A stretch of DNA of 64,000 nucleotides from Betaproteobacteria bacterium (GTDB lineage Bacteria > Pseudomonadota > Gammaproteobacteria > Burkholderiales > CAIKXV01): contig CANGYF010000004.1 of NCBI GenBank assembly GCA_947458265.1, forward strand, positions 232,041-296,040, written 5' to 3'. Positions 9,119-18,999 of the stretch are shown here, in pieces. How positions within the stretch are numbered: position 1 is the stretch's first letter; every line of letters starts with the position of its first letter. The position numbers and the translations under genes are program-made. Below the pieces are notes generated by a model. That model did not search any database and was not told where the DNA came from. It saw only the letters and a program-made list of their open reading frames with translations.

Positions 9119-12100
9119 TCAGCTCTCCGGCTTGCCGTAGCCGCCGCCACCAGGCGTCTCGATCACGAACACGTCGCCCGGTTGCATCGGCGTCGAGTCG
9201 CAGCCGTCGAGTTCCTCGATGCAACCGTCGGTGCGCTGCACGCTGTTGCGCCCGACCAGCCCCGGTTCACCGCCAGCCATCCCATAGGGCGGCACGCGGC
9301 GCCGCCCAGACAGGATCGCTGCGGTCATCGGCTGCAGGAAGCGCATCCGGCGAACGGCGCCGTCGCCGCCATGCCAGCGTCCTCGTCCACCACTGCCGCG
9401 GCGGATCTCGAAGCTGTCCAGGCGTACCGGGAAGCGCCATTCGAGCACCTCGGGATCGGTCAGCCGCGAGTTGGTCATGTGCGTCTGCACCACGTCCGTA
9501 CCGTCGAAGCCGCGTTCGATGCCATCGCTGCCGATGCCGGCCGTGCCGGCGCCGGAACCGCCGGCCACCGTCTCGTAGTACTGGTAGTCGGCATTGCCGA
9601 AGGTGAAGTTGTTCATCGTACCCTGCGAGGCACCGATCACGCCAAGCGCGCCGTAGAGCGTGTCGGTCAGGCACTGCGAGGTCTCGACGTTGCCGGCGAC
9701 CACCGCCGCTGGATAGCGCGGGCGAAGCATCGAGCCCTCGGGCACCACCAGGTCGATCGGCTTCAGGCAGCCGGCGTTCAGCGGGATGTCGTCGTCGACC
9801 AGCGTGCGGAACACGTAGAGCACCGCGGCCACGCAGACCGCCGATGGCGCGTTGAAATTGTTGGCCAGTTGCGCCGACGTGCCGGTGAAGTCGATCTTCG
9901 CGCGACGCGCGGCGCGGTCGATGGTGATCGCGACGCGGATCAGCGCGCCATGGTCCATCTCGCAGCAGAAGCTGCCGTCCGCCAGGCGATCGATCACCCG
10001 GCGCACCGCTTCTTCCGCGTTGTCCTGCACATGGCCCATATAGGCATGCACTACGTCCAGCCCGAACTGCCTCACCATCCGCTCGAGTTCGAGCACGCCT
10101 TTCTGGTTGGCGGCAATCATCGCGCGCAGGTCACCGAGGTTCTGCTCGATGTTGCGCGAGGGATACTCGCCGGAGGCGAGCAGGGCGCGCGTCTCGTCCT
10201 CGCGCAGCCGACCCTGCTCGACCAGCAGGAAGTTGTCGATCAGCACGCCTTCCTCCTCGACGCGCGTGCTGTCGGGCGGCATCGATCCGGGCGTGATGCC
10301 GCCGACGTCCGCATGGTGGCCGCGCGAGCCGACGTAAAACAGGATGCGCGGCGGGGCGGTGTCGCCGGTGGCTGGCGCGGTGTCGAACACCGGCGTGATC
10401 ACTGTGATGTCCGGCAGGTGAGTGCCGCCGTGGTACGGGTCGTTCAGCATGAATACGTCGCCAGGACGCATCCGACCGGCGTTGCGCTCGATCACGGCCT
10501 TCACGCTCTCGCCCATCGAGCCCAGGTGCACCGGCATGTGCGGCGCGTTGGCGATCAGCTGGCCGTTCTGGTCGAACAGCGCGCAGGAGAAGTCCAGGCG
10601 CTCCTTGATGTTCACCGAGCAGGCGGTGTTGGCCAGCGTCAGCCCCATCTGCTCGGCGATCGCCATGAACAGGTTGTTGAAGATTTCAAGCATGATCGGA
10701 TCGGCGCTGGTCCCGATCGCGGTGCGGGCAGGCCGCTCGACGACGCGCTCGAGCAGCAGGTCGCCGCCGGTCAGGGTGCGTGCCGACCAGCCGGGCTCGA
10801 CCACCGTGGTGCCGTTGGCCTCGGCGATGATCGCCGGGCCGTCGACCCGTGCGCCCTCTGACAGCGCATCGCGTACCACGACCGGCGTGTCATGCCAGCA
10901 GCCGTCGCTGTACATCGGCACCCGCGTTGCCGCGATCGCCGCAGCGGGGGGGGCAGCCTGCCCGGCATCGGTACCGGTGCTGTTGGCCGCGGCGTGGCCG
11001 GAAGCCGCTGTGCCGGTTTCCCCGATAGCCTCGACGGTGATCGATTCGACGACCAGGTCGCGTCCGGGCATCAGGAAGCTGTAGCGGCTGCGGTAGGCCT
11101 CGTCGAAACGCATCCGCAGTTCGGCGATGCTGCCGGCCGGGACCGGCAGCGAGGTGTCGGTCCCGGCATAGCGCAGGTGCACGCTGCGGCGCTCGGCGAT
11201 GCAGGCCTCGGCGATGCCCTGGCCGGCGACTTCGGCCCGCGCCTGCGCGGACAGGCCGGCGAAGCGGCGTTCGAGCTCGGGTACCAGCGCGTCGGCGAGC
11301 AGCGCCTCCACCGTGGCCTCGCGCATCGCCGTGATATCGGCGAGCCCCATGCCATAGGCGGACAGCACGCCGGCATAGGGATGGATCAGGATGCGCCGCA
11401 TGCCCAGCGCATCGGCGACCAGGCACGCATGCTGGCCACCGGCGCCACCGAAGCTCGCCAGGGTATAGCCGGTGACATCGTGGCCGCGCTGAACGGAGAT
11501 CTTCTTGATCGCGTTGGCCATGTTCTCGACCGCGATCCGCACATAGCCTTCGGCCACCGCTTCCGGCGTGCGCTCGATGCCGCTTGCGGCGGAGATCTGC
11601 GCGGCCAGGGCGGCGAAGGTCGTGCGCACGCCGTCCGTGTCCAGGGGCTGGTCGCCGCCGGTGCCGAACACCGTCGGGAAGAACGCCGGCTGTACCTTGC
11701 CGAGCACGACGTTGCAATCGGTGATCGTCGGCGGGCCACCGCGCCGGTAGCAGGCTGGTCCAGGGTTGGCGCCGGCGGAGTCCGGGCCCACGCGCAGGCG
11801 CGCGCCGTCGAAGTGCAGGATGGAGCCGCCACCGGCGGCCACCGTATGGATGCTCATCATCGGCGCGCGCATGCGCACCCCGGCTACCAGCGTGTCGAAG
11901 GCCCGTTCGAACTCGCCCGCGTAGTGCGACACGTCGGTCGAGGTGCCGCCCATGTCGAAGCCGATGATGCGGTCGAAGCCCGCGGCGGCGGCCGTGCGCA
12001 CCGCGCCGACGATGCCGCCGGCCGGGCCGGACAGGATGCTGTCCTTGCCCTGGAACAGCGAGGCATCGGTCAGCCCGCCGCTCGACTGCATGAACATCAA

Positions 12101-12841
12101 GCGCGTGCCAGCGCCTGTGCCGCTGTCCGTACGGCCCAGCTCGCCGGCGACCTGGTCGACATACCGGCGAAGGATCGGCGACAGGTAGGCATCCACGACC
12201 GTGGTGTCTCCACGGCCGACGAGCTTCATCAGCGGACTGACCTCGTGCGACACCGAAACCTGCGTGAAGCCGGCGGCGCGTGCCAGCTCCGCCAGCGCGC
12301 GCTCATGTACCGGCTCGCGCCAGGCATGCATCAGCACGATCGCGCAGGCGCGGTAGCCCTGTTCGAACGCCGCGCGCAGCGAGGCACGCGCCGCATCGAC
12401 ATCGAGCGGCCGCACCACGTTGCCGCGCGCATCGAGCCGCTCGTCGATCTCGTGCACCGCGGTGTAGAGCAGTTCCGGCAGCACGATATGCCGGTCGAAC
12501 AGGCGCGGCCGGTTCTGGTAGCCGATGCGCAATGCATCGCGGAAGCCGCGCGTGATGAACAGGCAGGTCGGCTCGCCCTTGCGCTCGAGCAGCGCATTGG
12601 TGGCCACCGTGGTGCCCATCTTCACCGCTTCGATGGCGCCGGCCGGCAGCGGAGCACCGGCCGGCAGGCCGAGCAACGCGCGGATGCCGGCGATGGCGGC
12701 ATCCGGATAGCGCGCGGAGTCTTCCGACAGCAGCTTGTGCGTGACCAGCCGGCCATCGGGGCGGCGCGCGACGATGTCGGTGAACGTACCCCCGCGATCG
12801 ATCCAGAACTGCCAACCCATGTCCATGCCAGCGGCCTTCAA
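9119..12841 (-). CDS. Fused hydantoinase A/B-type 5-oxoprolinase (ATP-hydrolysing, HyuA-HyuB fusion)
   Basis: 1240 aa. N-terminal '[21 protein letters not shown]' (HyuA) and C-terminal '[20 protein letters not shown]' (HyuB). The first few codons are uncertain (several ATGs). Confidence 0.9.
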   Translation of the reverse strand: MKAAGMDMGWQFWIDRGGTFTDIVARRPDGRLVTHKLLSEDSARYPDAAIAGIRALLGLPAGAPLPAGAIEAVKMGTTVATNALLERKGEPTCLFITRGFRDALRIGYQNRPRLFDRHIVLPELLYTAVHEIDERLDARGNVVRPLDVDAARASLRAAFEQGYRACAIVLMHAWREPVHERALAELARAAGFTQVSVSHEVSPLMKLVGRGDTTVVDAYLSPILRRYVDQVAGELGRTDSGTGAGTRLMFMQSSGGLTDASLFQGKDSILSGPAGGIVGAVRTAAAAGFDRIIGFDMGGTSTDVSHYAGEFERAFDTLVAGVRMRAPMMSIHTVAAGGGSILHFDGARLRVGPDSAGANPGPACYRRGGPPTITDCNVVLGKVQPAFFPTVFGTGGDQPLDTDGVRTTFAALAAQISAASGIERTPEAVAEGYVRIAVENMANAIKKISVQRGHDVTGYTLASFGGAGGQHACLVADALGMRRILIHPYAGVLSAYGMGLADITAMREATVEALLADALVPELERRFAGLSAQARAEVAGQGIAEACIAERRSVHLRYAGTDTSLPVPAGSIAELRMRFDEAYRSRYSFLMPGRDLVVESITVEAIGETGTAASGHAAANSTGTDAGQAAPPAAAIAATRVPMYSDGCWHDTPVVVRDALSEGARVDGPAIIAEANGTTVVEPGWSARTLTGGDLLLERVVERPARTAIGTSADPIMLEIFNNLFMAIAEQMGLTLANTACSVNIKERLDFSCALFDQNGQLIANAPHMPVHLGSMGESVKAVIERNAGRMRPGDVFMLNDPYHGGTHLPDITVITPVFDTAPATGDTAPPRILFYVGSRGHHADVGGITPGSMPPDSTRVEEEGVLIDNFLLVEQGRLREDETRALLASGEYPSRNIEQNLGDLRAMIAANQKGVLELERMVRQFGLDVVHAYMGHVQDNAEEAVRRVIDRLADGSFCCEMDHGALIRVAITIDRAARRAKIDFTGTSAQLANNFNAPSAVCVAAVLYVFRTLVDDDIPLNAGCLKPIDLVVPEGSMLRPRYPAAVVAGNVETSQCLTDTLYGALGVIGASQGTMNNFTFGNADYQYYETVAGGSGAGTAGIGSDGIERGFDGTDVVQTHMTNSRLTDPEVLEWRFPVRLDSFEIRRGSGGRGRWHGGDGAVRRMRFLQPMTAAILSGRRRVPPYGMAGGEPGLVGRNSVQRTDGCIEELDGCDSTPMQPGDVFVIETPGGGGYGKPES

Positions 12842-12860
12842 GGTATCCGACCGGTACGCG

Positions 12861-13610
12861 TCAGCGGGCGCACGCGCTGGCCAGCACCCGGCCCCAGCGC
12901 GCGTCCGGCGCTACCTGCACCCGATCACCAGCGGCGCGCAGCGCGCAGCCGGTCGTCGACAGGATGTTGAGCAGCACCGGCTTGCCGTACTTCGCTTCCA
13001 GCACCGGTACTGCATGGATCGCGAACCACAGCCCGCCCGGCATCAGCAGGGCCTGGGCGCGCGGCGCGGCCTCGAGTGCTTCGCTGCCGAGCGCGATCGC
13101 GAGTTCATGGTCGGCCATCGGGTTGGCGGCCTTGTTCTGCGCGAGGTTGCGGCTGCGCGAGCGGCAGGCCAGCACTTCGATGCCGGCTTCGGCAAGATAG
13201 GCAGTGAGGGCCTGGTTCACCGCGTCGGGCCAGCGGCTGGCCAGCGCGATGCGCTCGGCACCCAGTCGCTGCAGGGTCGCGATATGTGCCTCGAGGTCGG
13301 TGTCGCAGGCGATGCCGGTACGCTCGCTCGCCTCGGCGAGCAGGGCGCGCATGCGGGTACGCCCCAGCACGGATGCGACCGGCACGCCGCTCAGCGCGAT
13401 CCGGTCGACCGGCTTCTTCGCGAGCAGGTCGACGCATCCATGGAACGCGTCCAACTGCGACTCGACCGCCGCCAGGGAATACTCGGCGAGGTCCATGCCG
13501 GTGGTGACCAGCATCATGCCTTCCGGTGCGACCCGGTAGAACTGGTAGCCGTCGAGGTCGGTCTGGCGGTGGGGAATGATGTAGCCGAGCTGGTACCAGG
13601 GTGCGATCAT
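12861..13610 (-). CDS. Asp/Glu-racemase-superfamily protein (maleate isomerase / arylmalonate decarboxylase-like)
   Basis: 249 aa, colinear with the maleate cis-trans isomerase layout ('[11 protein letters not shown]...', '...[12 protein letters not shown]'). Both thiol positions appear substituted (see findings). Confidence 0.7.
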   Translation of the reverse strand: MIAPWYQLGYIIPHRQTDLDGYQFYRVAPEGMMLVTTGMDLAEYSLAAVESQLDAFHGCVDLLAKKPVDRIALSGVPVASVLGRTRMRALLAEASERTGIACDTDLEAHIATLQRLGAERIALASRWPDAVNQALTAYLAEAGIEVLACRSRSRNLAQNKAANPMADHELAIALGSEALEAAPRAQALLMPGGLWFAIHAVPVLEAKYGKPVLLNILSTTGCALRAAGDRVQVAPDARWGRVLASACAR

Positions 13611-13613
13611 CGG

Positions 13614-14027
13614 TCAGTCCTCGTTCATTGGCTGTGCCGCCGAGCAGCCGCGTTCGCTGCACAGATAGAGGCGGGTATCACTGAACAGCCAGTGCTGCAT
13701 CGTGCGCAGGGACACCGTCTCGTCCTTGGTGAACTCGGTGTCCGCAGTCACGCCGTACATCTGGCCGTCCAGCAGCACATGCTGGAAGGCGGCGGTGAAC
13801 GCCTTGGCCTCGAGCAACTCGACGCGCTGCACGACGGACTGACGGTCGGACACGGTCCGGTTGAAATCGTCGTCGCCGGAGATCACGGTCATGCCCACAA
13901 GGCCGATGAAGCATCCGAAGAACATCAGCCAGCAGAAGTTCATCCAGCGCGGGCGCGGATACCAGACCGCTGCAAGCGGGAAGGCGAAGAACCCGAGGCC
14001 GAACGCGATGGTCAGCAGCTTCATCAT
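13614..14027 (-). CDS. Hypothetical membrane protein, two predicted TM helices plus a soluble C-terminal domain
   Basis: 137 aa. 'MMKLLTIAFGLGFFAFPLAAVW' and 'FCWLMFFGCFIGLVGMTVI' are hydrophobic helices. It sits 3 nt upstream of the racemase-like gene. No family recognised. Confidence 0.55.
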   Translation of the reverse strand: MMKLLTIAFGLGFFAFPLAAVWYPRPRWMNFCWLMFFGCFIGLVGMTVISGDDDFNRTVSDRQSVVQRVELLEAKAFTAAFQHVLLDGQMYGVTADTEFTKDETVSLRTMQHWLFSDTRLYLCSERGCSAAQPMNED

Positions 14028-14042
14028 GTGCGTGGCGTGGCC

Positions 14043-14966
14043 TCAGCGACCGGACGGCGGATGACGGTCATGCCAGTGCCGGGCGATGTCGGCGCGGCGG
14101 CAGATCCAGACGCCGTCATGGGCCTCGACATGGTCCAGGAATCGCTGCAGCGCGCGGAAGCGCCCCGGGCGGCCGACCAGGCGGCAGTGCAGCCCGATCG
14201 ACAGCATGCGCGGACGATCCTCGCCCTCGGCATAGAGGACGTCGAACGAGTCGCGCAGGTAGTTGAAGAACTGGTCGCCAGCATTGAAGCCCTGGGCCGA
14301 GCCGAAGCGCATGTCGTTCGCGTCGAGCGTGTAGGGCACGACCAGGTGCTGGTGGCCGGCCACGAGTTGCCAGTAGGGCAGTTCGTCGGCGTACGAATCG
14401 GCGTCATAGAGGAAGCCGCCGTGCTCGACCACAAGGCGCCGGGTGTTCGGGCTGTCGCGGCCGGTGTACCAGCCGACCGGCGCGCTGCCGGTCATGCGCC
14501 GGATCACCTCGACCGCATGCTTCATGTGCGCGCGCTCGGTGGCCTCGTCGACGTTCTGGTAGCTGATCCAGCGCCAGCCGTGGCAGGCGATCTCATGCCT
14601 GGCCTCGACCATCGCGGCGACCAGTTCAGGATGGCGCTCCAGCGCCATCGACACGCCGAACACGGTCAGCGGCATCTGGCGCCGCTCGAACTCGCGCAGC
14701 AGCCGCCAGGCACCGACCCGCGAGCCGTACTCGTAGATCGATTCCATGCTCAGGTGCCGCATCTCGAACGCCTGCGCGTTGATGATCTCTGACAGGAAGG
14801 TCTCGGACGCACGGTCGCCGTGCAGCACGCAATTCTCGGCGCCTTCTTCGTAGTTCAGGACGAACTGCACGGCGATGCGCGCACCGCCGGGCCAGTCGGC
14901 ATGCGGCGGGGTGCGTCCGTAGCCGATGAGGTCGCGCGGATAGCTGTTCGGATCGAGGGGCTGCAT
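14043..14966 (-). CDS. puuE: Allantoinase PuuE type (polysaccharide deacetylase fold)
   Basis: 'YPRDLIGYGRTPPHADWPGGARIAVQFVLNYEEGAENCVLHGD' and 'HGWRWISYQ...LVVPYTLDANDMRF' are the PuuE pattern. Start placed at the internal ATG (MQPLDPN). Confidence 0.85.
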   Translation of the reverse strand: MQPLDPNSYPRDLIGYGRTPPHADWPGGARIAVQFVLNYEEGAENCVLHGDRASETFLSEIINAQAFEMRHLSMESIYEYGSRVGAWRLLREFERRQMPLTVFGVSMALERHPELVAAMVEARHEIACHGWRWISYQNVDEATERAHMKHAVEVIRRMTGSAPVGWYTGRDSPNTRRLVVEHGGFLYDADSYADELPYWQLVAGHQHLVVPYTLDANDMRFGSAQGFNAGDQFFNYLRDSFDVLYAEGEDRPRMLSIGLHCRLVGRPGRFRALQRFLDHVEAHDGVWICRRADIARHWHDRHPPSGR

Positions 14967-14995
14967 CGGAAGTCCGGTGGCGGGAAGGGCGGCGC

Positions 14996-16255
14996 TCAGC
15001 GGCGCGGCTCGAAGTGTTCGATGAAGGACTGCAGCACGCGCATGCCGGTGGCTGCATCCTCGGCGGTGATCGACTCGGCCGGATGATGGCTGATGCCCTC
15101 CCGGCAGCGCAGGAACAGCATGGCCACGTCGGCCAGCGCGACCATGGCCATGGCGTCGTGGCCGGCGCCGCTGGGCAGTGCGACCACCCGGTGGCCGTCG
15201 GCAGCGATTGCGGCCGACAATTGATCCTGCAGCCACGGCGCGCAGGCGCAGCTGGCGAGCTCATGCGTCTGCACGACCTCGATGCCGATCTTGCGCCGGG
15301 CCGCGATCGCGCGGCACTCGTCGAGGATCGCCGCGGCGACCTGTGTCCGGTCTGCATCGCGCGGCGAGCGCACGTCGAGCGAAAACACGGCGCGTCCCGG
15401 GATCACGTTCGTCGCACCCGGAGACGGGGCCAGCTGGCCCACCGTCGCGACCGCGTCGGGCACCGCGCCGGCGATGCGCTCGGCCGCCAGCACGCACTCG
15501 GCGGCGGCGACCAGTGCGTCCTGGCGCAGGCGCATCGGCACCGTCCCGGAGTGGCCGGCCATGCCGTCGAGCTGCACCCGGAAGCGCTGCTGGCCGTTGA
15601 TGGCGGTGACCACGCCGACCGGAAGCCCCTCGGCCTCGAGCACCGGTCCCTGTTCGATGTGGTACTCGACATAGGCGAGGACGTCTTCGCGGCGGCGCGC
15701 GGCACCGGCGAGCGCCGACGGGTCCAGGCCGAAGGCGGCCATCGCCTCGCGCAGCGTCGTGCCGCCTGCGTCGCGCAGGTCGAGCAGGGTCGGGTCGAAG
15801 GTGCCGGCGAGCGCGCGGCTGCCCAGCATCGTGGCCTGGAAACGCACGCCTTCCTCGTCACCGAAGCCGACCACCTCGATCGCGAACGGCAGCGCGCGCT
15901 CGCCCAGGGCCTCTACGCATTCGATCGCCGTGAGCACGCCGAGCATGCCGTCGTAGCGCCCGGCGTTGCGTACGCTGTCGAGGTGCGAGCCGAGCATCAG
16001 GCAGGGCAGGCCCGGGCGCACGCCTTCGCGCCGCCCGACCAGGTTGCCGGCCGCATCGACGCGCACCGCCATCCCGGCCTCGGCCATCCATCCGCCAACC
16101 AGGCGGTTCGCCTCGGCGTGCTGCGAGCTGAGGTAGACGCGCGTCAGGCCGTCGGCCTGTTCGCTGACGCGCGCAAGCGCGTCGATGCGCTCGAGCAGGC
16201 GCGCGGCGGAGGGATCGGGCGGGGCGTGCCGGGACGGCGCTGGGGCGGAAATCAT
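14996..16255 (-). CDS. M20-family amidohydrolase (allantoate amidohydrolase / N-carbamoyl-amino-acid hydrolase type)
   Basis: 'GLTRVYLSSQHAEANRLVGGWMAEAGMAVRVDAAGNLVGRREG' and 'LGSHLDSVRNAGRYDGMLGV' are typical of the hydantoinase/carbamoylase amidase family. Confidence 0.8.
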   Translation of the reverse strand: MISAPAPSRHAPPDPSAARLLERIDALARVSEQADGLTRVYLSSQHAEANRLVGGWMAEAGMAVRVDAAGNLVGRREGVRPGLPCLMLGSHLDSVRNAGRYDGMLGVLTAIECVEALGERALPFAIEVVGFGDEEGVRFQATMLGSRALAGTFDPTLLDLRDAGGTTLREAMAAFGLDPSALAGAARRREDVLAYVEYHIEQGPVLEAEGLPVGVVTAINGQQRFRVQLDGMAGHSGTVPMRLRQDALVAAAECVLAAERIAGAVPDAVATVGQLAPSPGATNVIPGRAVFSLDVRSPRDADRTQVAAAILDECRAIAARRKIGIEVVQTHELASCACAPWLQDQLSAAIAADGHRVVALPSGAGHDAMAMVALADVAMLFLRCREGISHHPAESITAEDAATGMRVLQSFIEHFEPRR

Positions 16256-16357
16256 CCGGGTTTTTGTACCATGAAGCTGGAAGACGCGCCACGCGGTAGC
16301 ATCGGTCCGGGCTTCGTCCACCCGCCGTCCCATCGCTGTTCACCGTACCGCCGCCCG

Positions 16358-16906
16358 ATGCCCGCAGATCCAGTCGTCCAGCCGTCCGACCTTGCCGTCC
16401 CCATCGACCGAACCGGGTTTATGGAACGCTTCGGACCGGTTTTCGAGCATTCGCCCTGGGTCGCCGAAGCGGCCTGGGAGAGCCGGCCGTTCTCCGATCT
16501 GCAGGCGGTGCACAGGGCGATGGTCGATGCGGTGCGCGGCAGTCCGCGCGAACGCCAGCTCGCGCTGCTGCGCGCGCATCCGGAACTGTGGGGCAGGGAA
16601 GCCCGTGAGCGGCGCATGACGGCGGACTCGGTGGCCGAGCAGTCGACCGCTGGCCTGTTCGCGCTGACGCCGGAGCAGGCCGCGCGCATCGAGCGGATGA
16701 ACGCCGAGCACCAGCAGAAGTTCGGCTTTCCGTTCATCATCGCCGCCATGAAGAACACGCGCGAGCAGATCCTGTCCGCGTTCGAACGGCGCCTGGCGCT
16801 GGATGCCGAGGCGGCGTTCCAGGCCGGGCTGGCGCAGGTCGAGGTGATCACCGGCCTGCGCATTGCGCGCCTGGCCCAGGCGCAGGAGCAGGAGCAACGC
16901 CCATGA
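16358..16906 (+). CDS. uraD: 2-oxo-4-hydroxy-4-carboxy-5-ureidoimidazoline (OHCU) decarboxylase
   Basis: '[16 protein letters not shown]...[10 protein letters not shown]...[10 protein letters not shown]...[13 protein letters not shown]'-type motifs. This is the last part of the 630-aa track ORF. The stop overlaps the uraH start (ATGA). An alternative ATG lies 63 nt downstream. Confidence 0.85.
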   Translation: MPADPVVQPSDLAVPIDRTGFMERFGPVFEHSPWVAEAAWESRPFSDLQAVHRAMVDAVRGSPRERQLALLRAHPELWGREARERRMTADSVAEQSTAGLFALTPEQAARIERMNAEHQQKFGFPFIIAAMKNTREQILSAFERRLALDAEAAFQAGLAQVEVITGLRIARLAQAQEQEQRP

Positions 16907-17259
16907 TCGGAAAACTGTCCACCCATGTGCTCGATACTGCCCGCGGCTGTCCCGCAGGCGGCGTGCGCATCGACCTTGCACGCATCGACGGCAGCCAGCG
17001 TGTCGAACTGAAGACGGTGTTCACCAACGCCGATGGCCGTACCGACCAGCCGCTGCTGGACACCCATGAGCTGGATGTCGGCCGTTACGAACTGACCTTC
17101 CATGTCGGCGACTACTTCCGCGAGGCGGGCACCGCGCTTGCCTCGCCGGCCTTCCTCGACACGGTGCCGCTGCGCTTCGCGGTGTCGGATCCGCAGGCCG
17201 GCTACCACGTGCCGCTGCTGGTCTCGCCGTGGAGCTATTCCACTTACCGCGGGAGCTGA
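16903..17259 (+). CDS. uraH: 5-hydroxyisourate hydrolase (transthyretin-like)
   Basis: 118 aa. '[18 protein letters not shown]' and the C-terminal '[17 protein letters not shown]' signature. Confidence 0.9.
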   Translation: MIGKLSTHVLDTARGCPAGGVRIDLARIDGSQRVELKTVFTNADGRTDQPLLDTHELDVGRYELTFHVGDYFREAGTALASPAFLDTVPLRFAVSDPQAGYHVPLLVSPWSYSTYRGS

Positions 17260-17264
17260 CGCCG

Positions 17265-17933
17265 ATGCCGACCATTGGGGCGCCGCGCTCAGCCCTCGAC
17301 CTGCAGGTGCTCGACCATCCGCTGGCGCTGCACAAGTTGACCTGCCTGCGCGACCGCGACACGCCGGTGGCGCTGTTCCGGTCGACCGTGCGCGAGCTCG
17401 GGCGGCTGCTTGCCTGCGCTGCGACCGCCGACCTGCCGCTGTCCTCGCGCGCGATCGAGACGCCGCTCGCACCGATGCAGGCGCCCTGGGTCGACGAATC
17501 CCGTGTGATGGTGGTGCCGGTGCTGCGCGCCGGGTTGCCGCTGGCCGAGGCCTTCTGCGAACTGATGCCCTCGGCAGCGGTCGGCCATGTCGGCGTCTAC
17601 CGCGATGCGCAGGCGCGGCCAGTGGAGTACCTGGTCAAGCTGCCGGCGCCGGTGCCCTCCGCGCCGACCCGGGTGTTCATCGTCGATCCCATGCTCGCGA
17701 CCGGCAACTCCGCCGCGCATGCGATCGACGTGCTGGTCGCGCACGGCTTCCCGATCGTCGATATCCGGATGGTGTCCATCCTCTGCGCGCCGGAAGGGCT
17801 GGACCTGCTCGGCCAGCGCTTTCCCGGCCTGCGGGTGCACGTGGCCGCGATCGACGAGCGGCTGGACGCCAACGCCTACATCGTGCCGGGCCTGGGCGAC
17901 GCGGGCGACCGCATGTTCGGCACCCAGCACTGA
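17265..17933 (+). CDS. upp: Uracil phosphoribosyltransferase
   Basis: 'VLDHPLALHKLTCLRDRDT', 'VVPVLRAGL' and 'IVDPMLATGNSAAHAID...VPGLGDAGDRMFGT'. Confidence 0.9.
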   Translation: MPTIGAPRSALDLQVLDHPLALHKLTCLRDRDTPVALFRSTVRELGRLLACAATADLPLSSRAIETPLAPMQAPWVDESRVMVVPVLRAGLPLAEAFCELMPSAAVGHVGVYRDAQARPVEYLVKLPAPVPSAPTRVFIVDPMLATGNSAAHAIDVLVAHGFPIVDIRMVSILCAPEGLDLLGQRFPGLRVHVAAIDERLDANAYIVPGLGDAGDRMFGTQH

Positions 17934-17943
17934 AGGCAGGCCG

Positions 17944-18753
17944 ATGGAGCTGACGCATGCGTTCGTCCTTGCGCTGCTGCTCGGCATGCAGCACGGACTG
18001 GATCCCGACCACCTGGCGGCGATCGACGGCCTGACCCGGTTCAACGCGCGTATAGATCCGCGCCGGGCGCGCTGGTGCGGGCTCTGGTTCTCGCTGGGAC
18101 ACGGCACGCTGGTGACGCTCGCCACCCTGCTGGTGGCCACGCTCGCGGCGGGCTGGCAACTGCCCGAGTGGGTCGATGCCGCGAGCGGGTGGGTGACCGT
18201 CGCGCTGTTGGTGATGATCGGCCTGATCAATGCCTGGAGTGTCTACAGCGGGCAGGCCGACCTGCACGGTCCGAGCGGGCTGCGCAGCCGCTGGCTGCGC
18301 GGGCTGCTCGCGGTGCGGCATCCAGTGGCGATCTTCGGCATTGGCGCGCTGTTCGCGCTGTCCTTCGAGACGCTGACCCAGGCGTCGGTGTTCGCGCTCG
18401 GTGCCGGCAGCGCCGGTGCCGCGGGCAGTGCATGGGTGCCGTTGGCGATGGGTGCGGTGTTCACCGCCGGCATGATGCTCACCGACGCGGTGAACGGCCT
18501 GTGGCTGTACCGGCTTGCGCGCAACACGCAGCGGCATTCGGCGCACGCCATGCGCCGTCTCGCCCTGGCGGTCGCCGTGCTCAGCTTCACGATGGCAGCC
18601 TGGGCAGCGGCGCGCATGCTCTCGCCAGCGGTGGATGCCTGGTTCGATGGCAGCGAACTGCTGATCGGGCTCGCGGTGCTCGCAGCCGTGGCTGGCTGCT
18701 ACCTGCTGGCGATGCGCGGGGCAGGACGCACGGCGCCTCTGCCACTGGAATGA
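17944..18753 (+). CDS. Short NiCoT-like (HoxN/HupN/NixA-type) metal permease
   Basis: 269 aa, about 6 TM helices. 'LLLGMQHGLDPDHLAAIDGLTR' resembles the NiCoT signature H-x4-D-H, and 'FALSFETLTQ' resembles the second signature. Confidence 0.6.
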   Translation: MELTHAFVLALLLGMQHGLDPDHLAAIDGLTRFNARIDPRRARWCGLWFSLGHGTLVTLATLLVATLAAGWQLPEWVDAASGWVTVALLVMIGLINAWSVYSGQADLHGPSGLRSRWLRGLLAVRHPVAIFGIGALFALSFETLTQASVFALGAGSAGAAGSAWVPLAMGAVFTAGMMLTDAVNGLWLYRLARNTQRHSAHAMRRLALAVAVLSFTMAAWAAARMLSPAVDAWFDGSELLIGLAVLAAVAGCYLLAMRGAGRTAPLPLE

Positions 18754-18780
18754 TCCTGCCTTGCCGATGAAGGAGCAACC

Positions 18781-18999
18781 ATGAAGGCAGTCCCCCAGGA
18801 TGCATCGTCGCTGGCCGCCAATGCAGCGGCCAGCGGCGTCGCGATCGATCCGGTGCGCCTGCCGATGATCCAGGGCGGCGTGGCCGCGGTTTCGTCGGCC
18901 TTGAGCCTGTCGCCGATCGCGGTGGCCTTCGAGACCGAGCCATCCGCCTTCATTGCGATGCTCGATCGGCATGCATGGCAGCCGGACGGCAACCGCTGA
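18781..18999 (+). CDS. AtzG-like / DUF4089 small protein (GatC-like partner of AtzE-type amidases)
   Basis: 72 aa with an AAGGAG Shine-Dalgarno. Its stop overlaps the amidase ATG (TGATG). The size, the position and the '...LSLSPIAVAFETEPSAF' tail resemble AtzG/DUF4089. Confidence 0.55.
   Translation: MKAVPQDASSLAANAAASGVAIDPVRLPMIQGGVAAVSSALSLSPIAVAFETEPSAFIAMLDRHAWQPDGNR

Noticed and set aside
8045-10861. 938-aa plus-strand ORF. Similar very long ORFs lie at 309-2135, 10892-12970, 12735-14792, 22364-24046 (-), 47665-49179, 52950-54572 (-), 55646-58519 (-) and 61140-63215 (-).
   Set aside because: All lie antisense to, or out of frame with, genes that have clear family motifs. Their translations are Arg/Ala/Gly/Pro/His-rich low-complexity strings, typical of shadow ORFs in about 68% GC DNA.
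15014-16357. The N-terminal 448 codons of the 630-aa track ORF that ends as uraD.
   Set aside because: This part is antisense to the M20 amidohydrolase and has shadow-ORF composition. OHCU-decarboxylase similarity begins only after the ATG at 16358.
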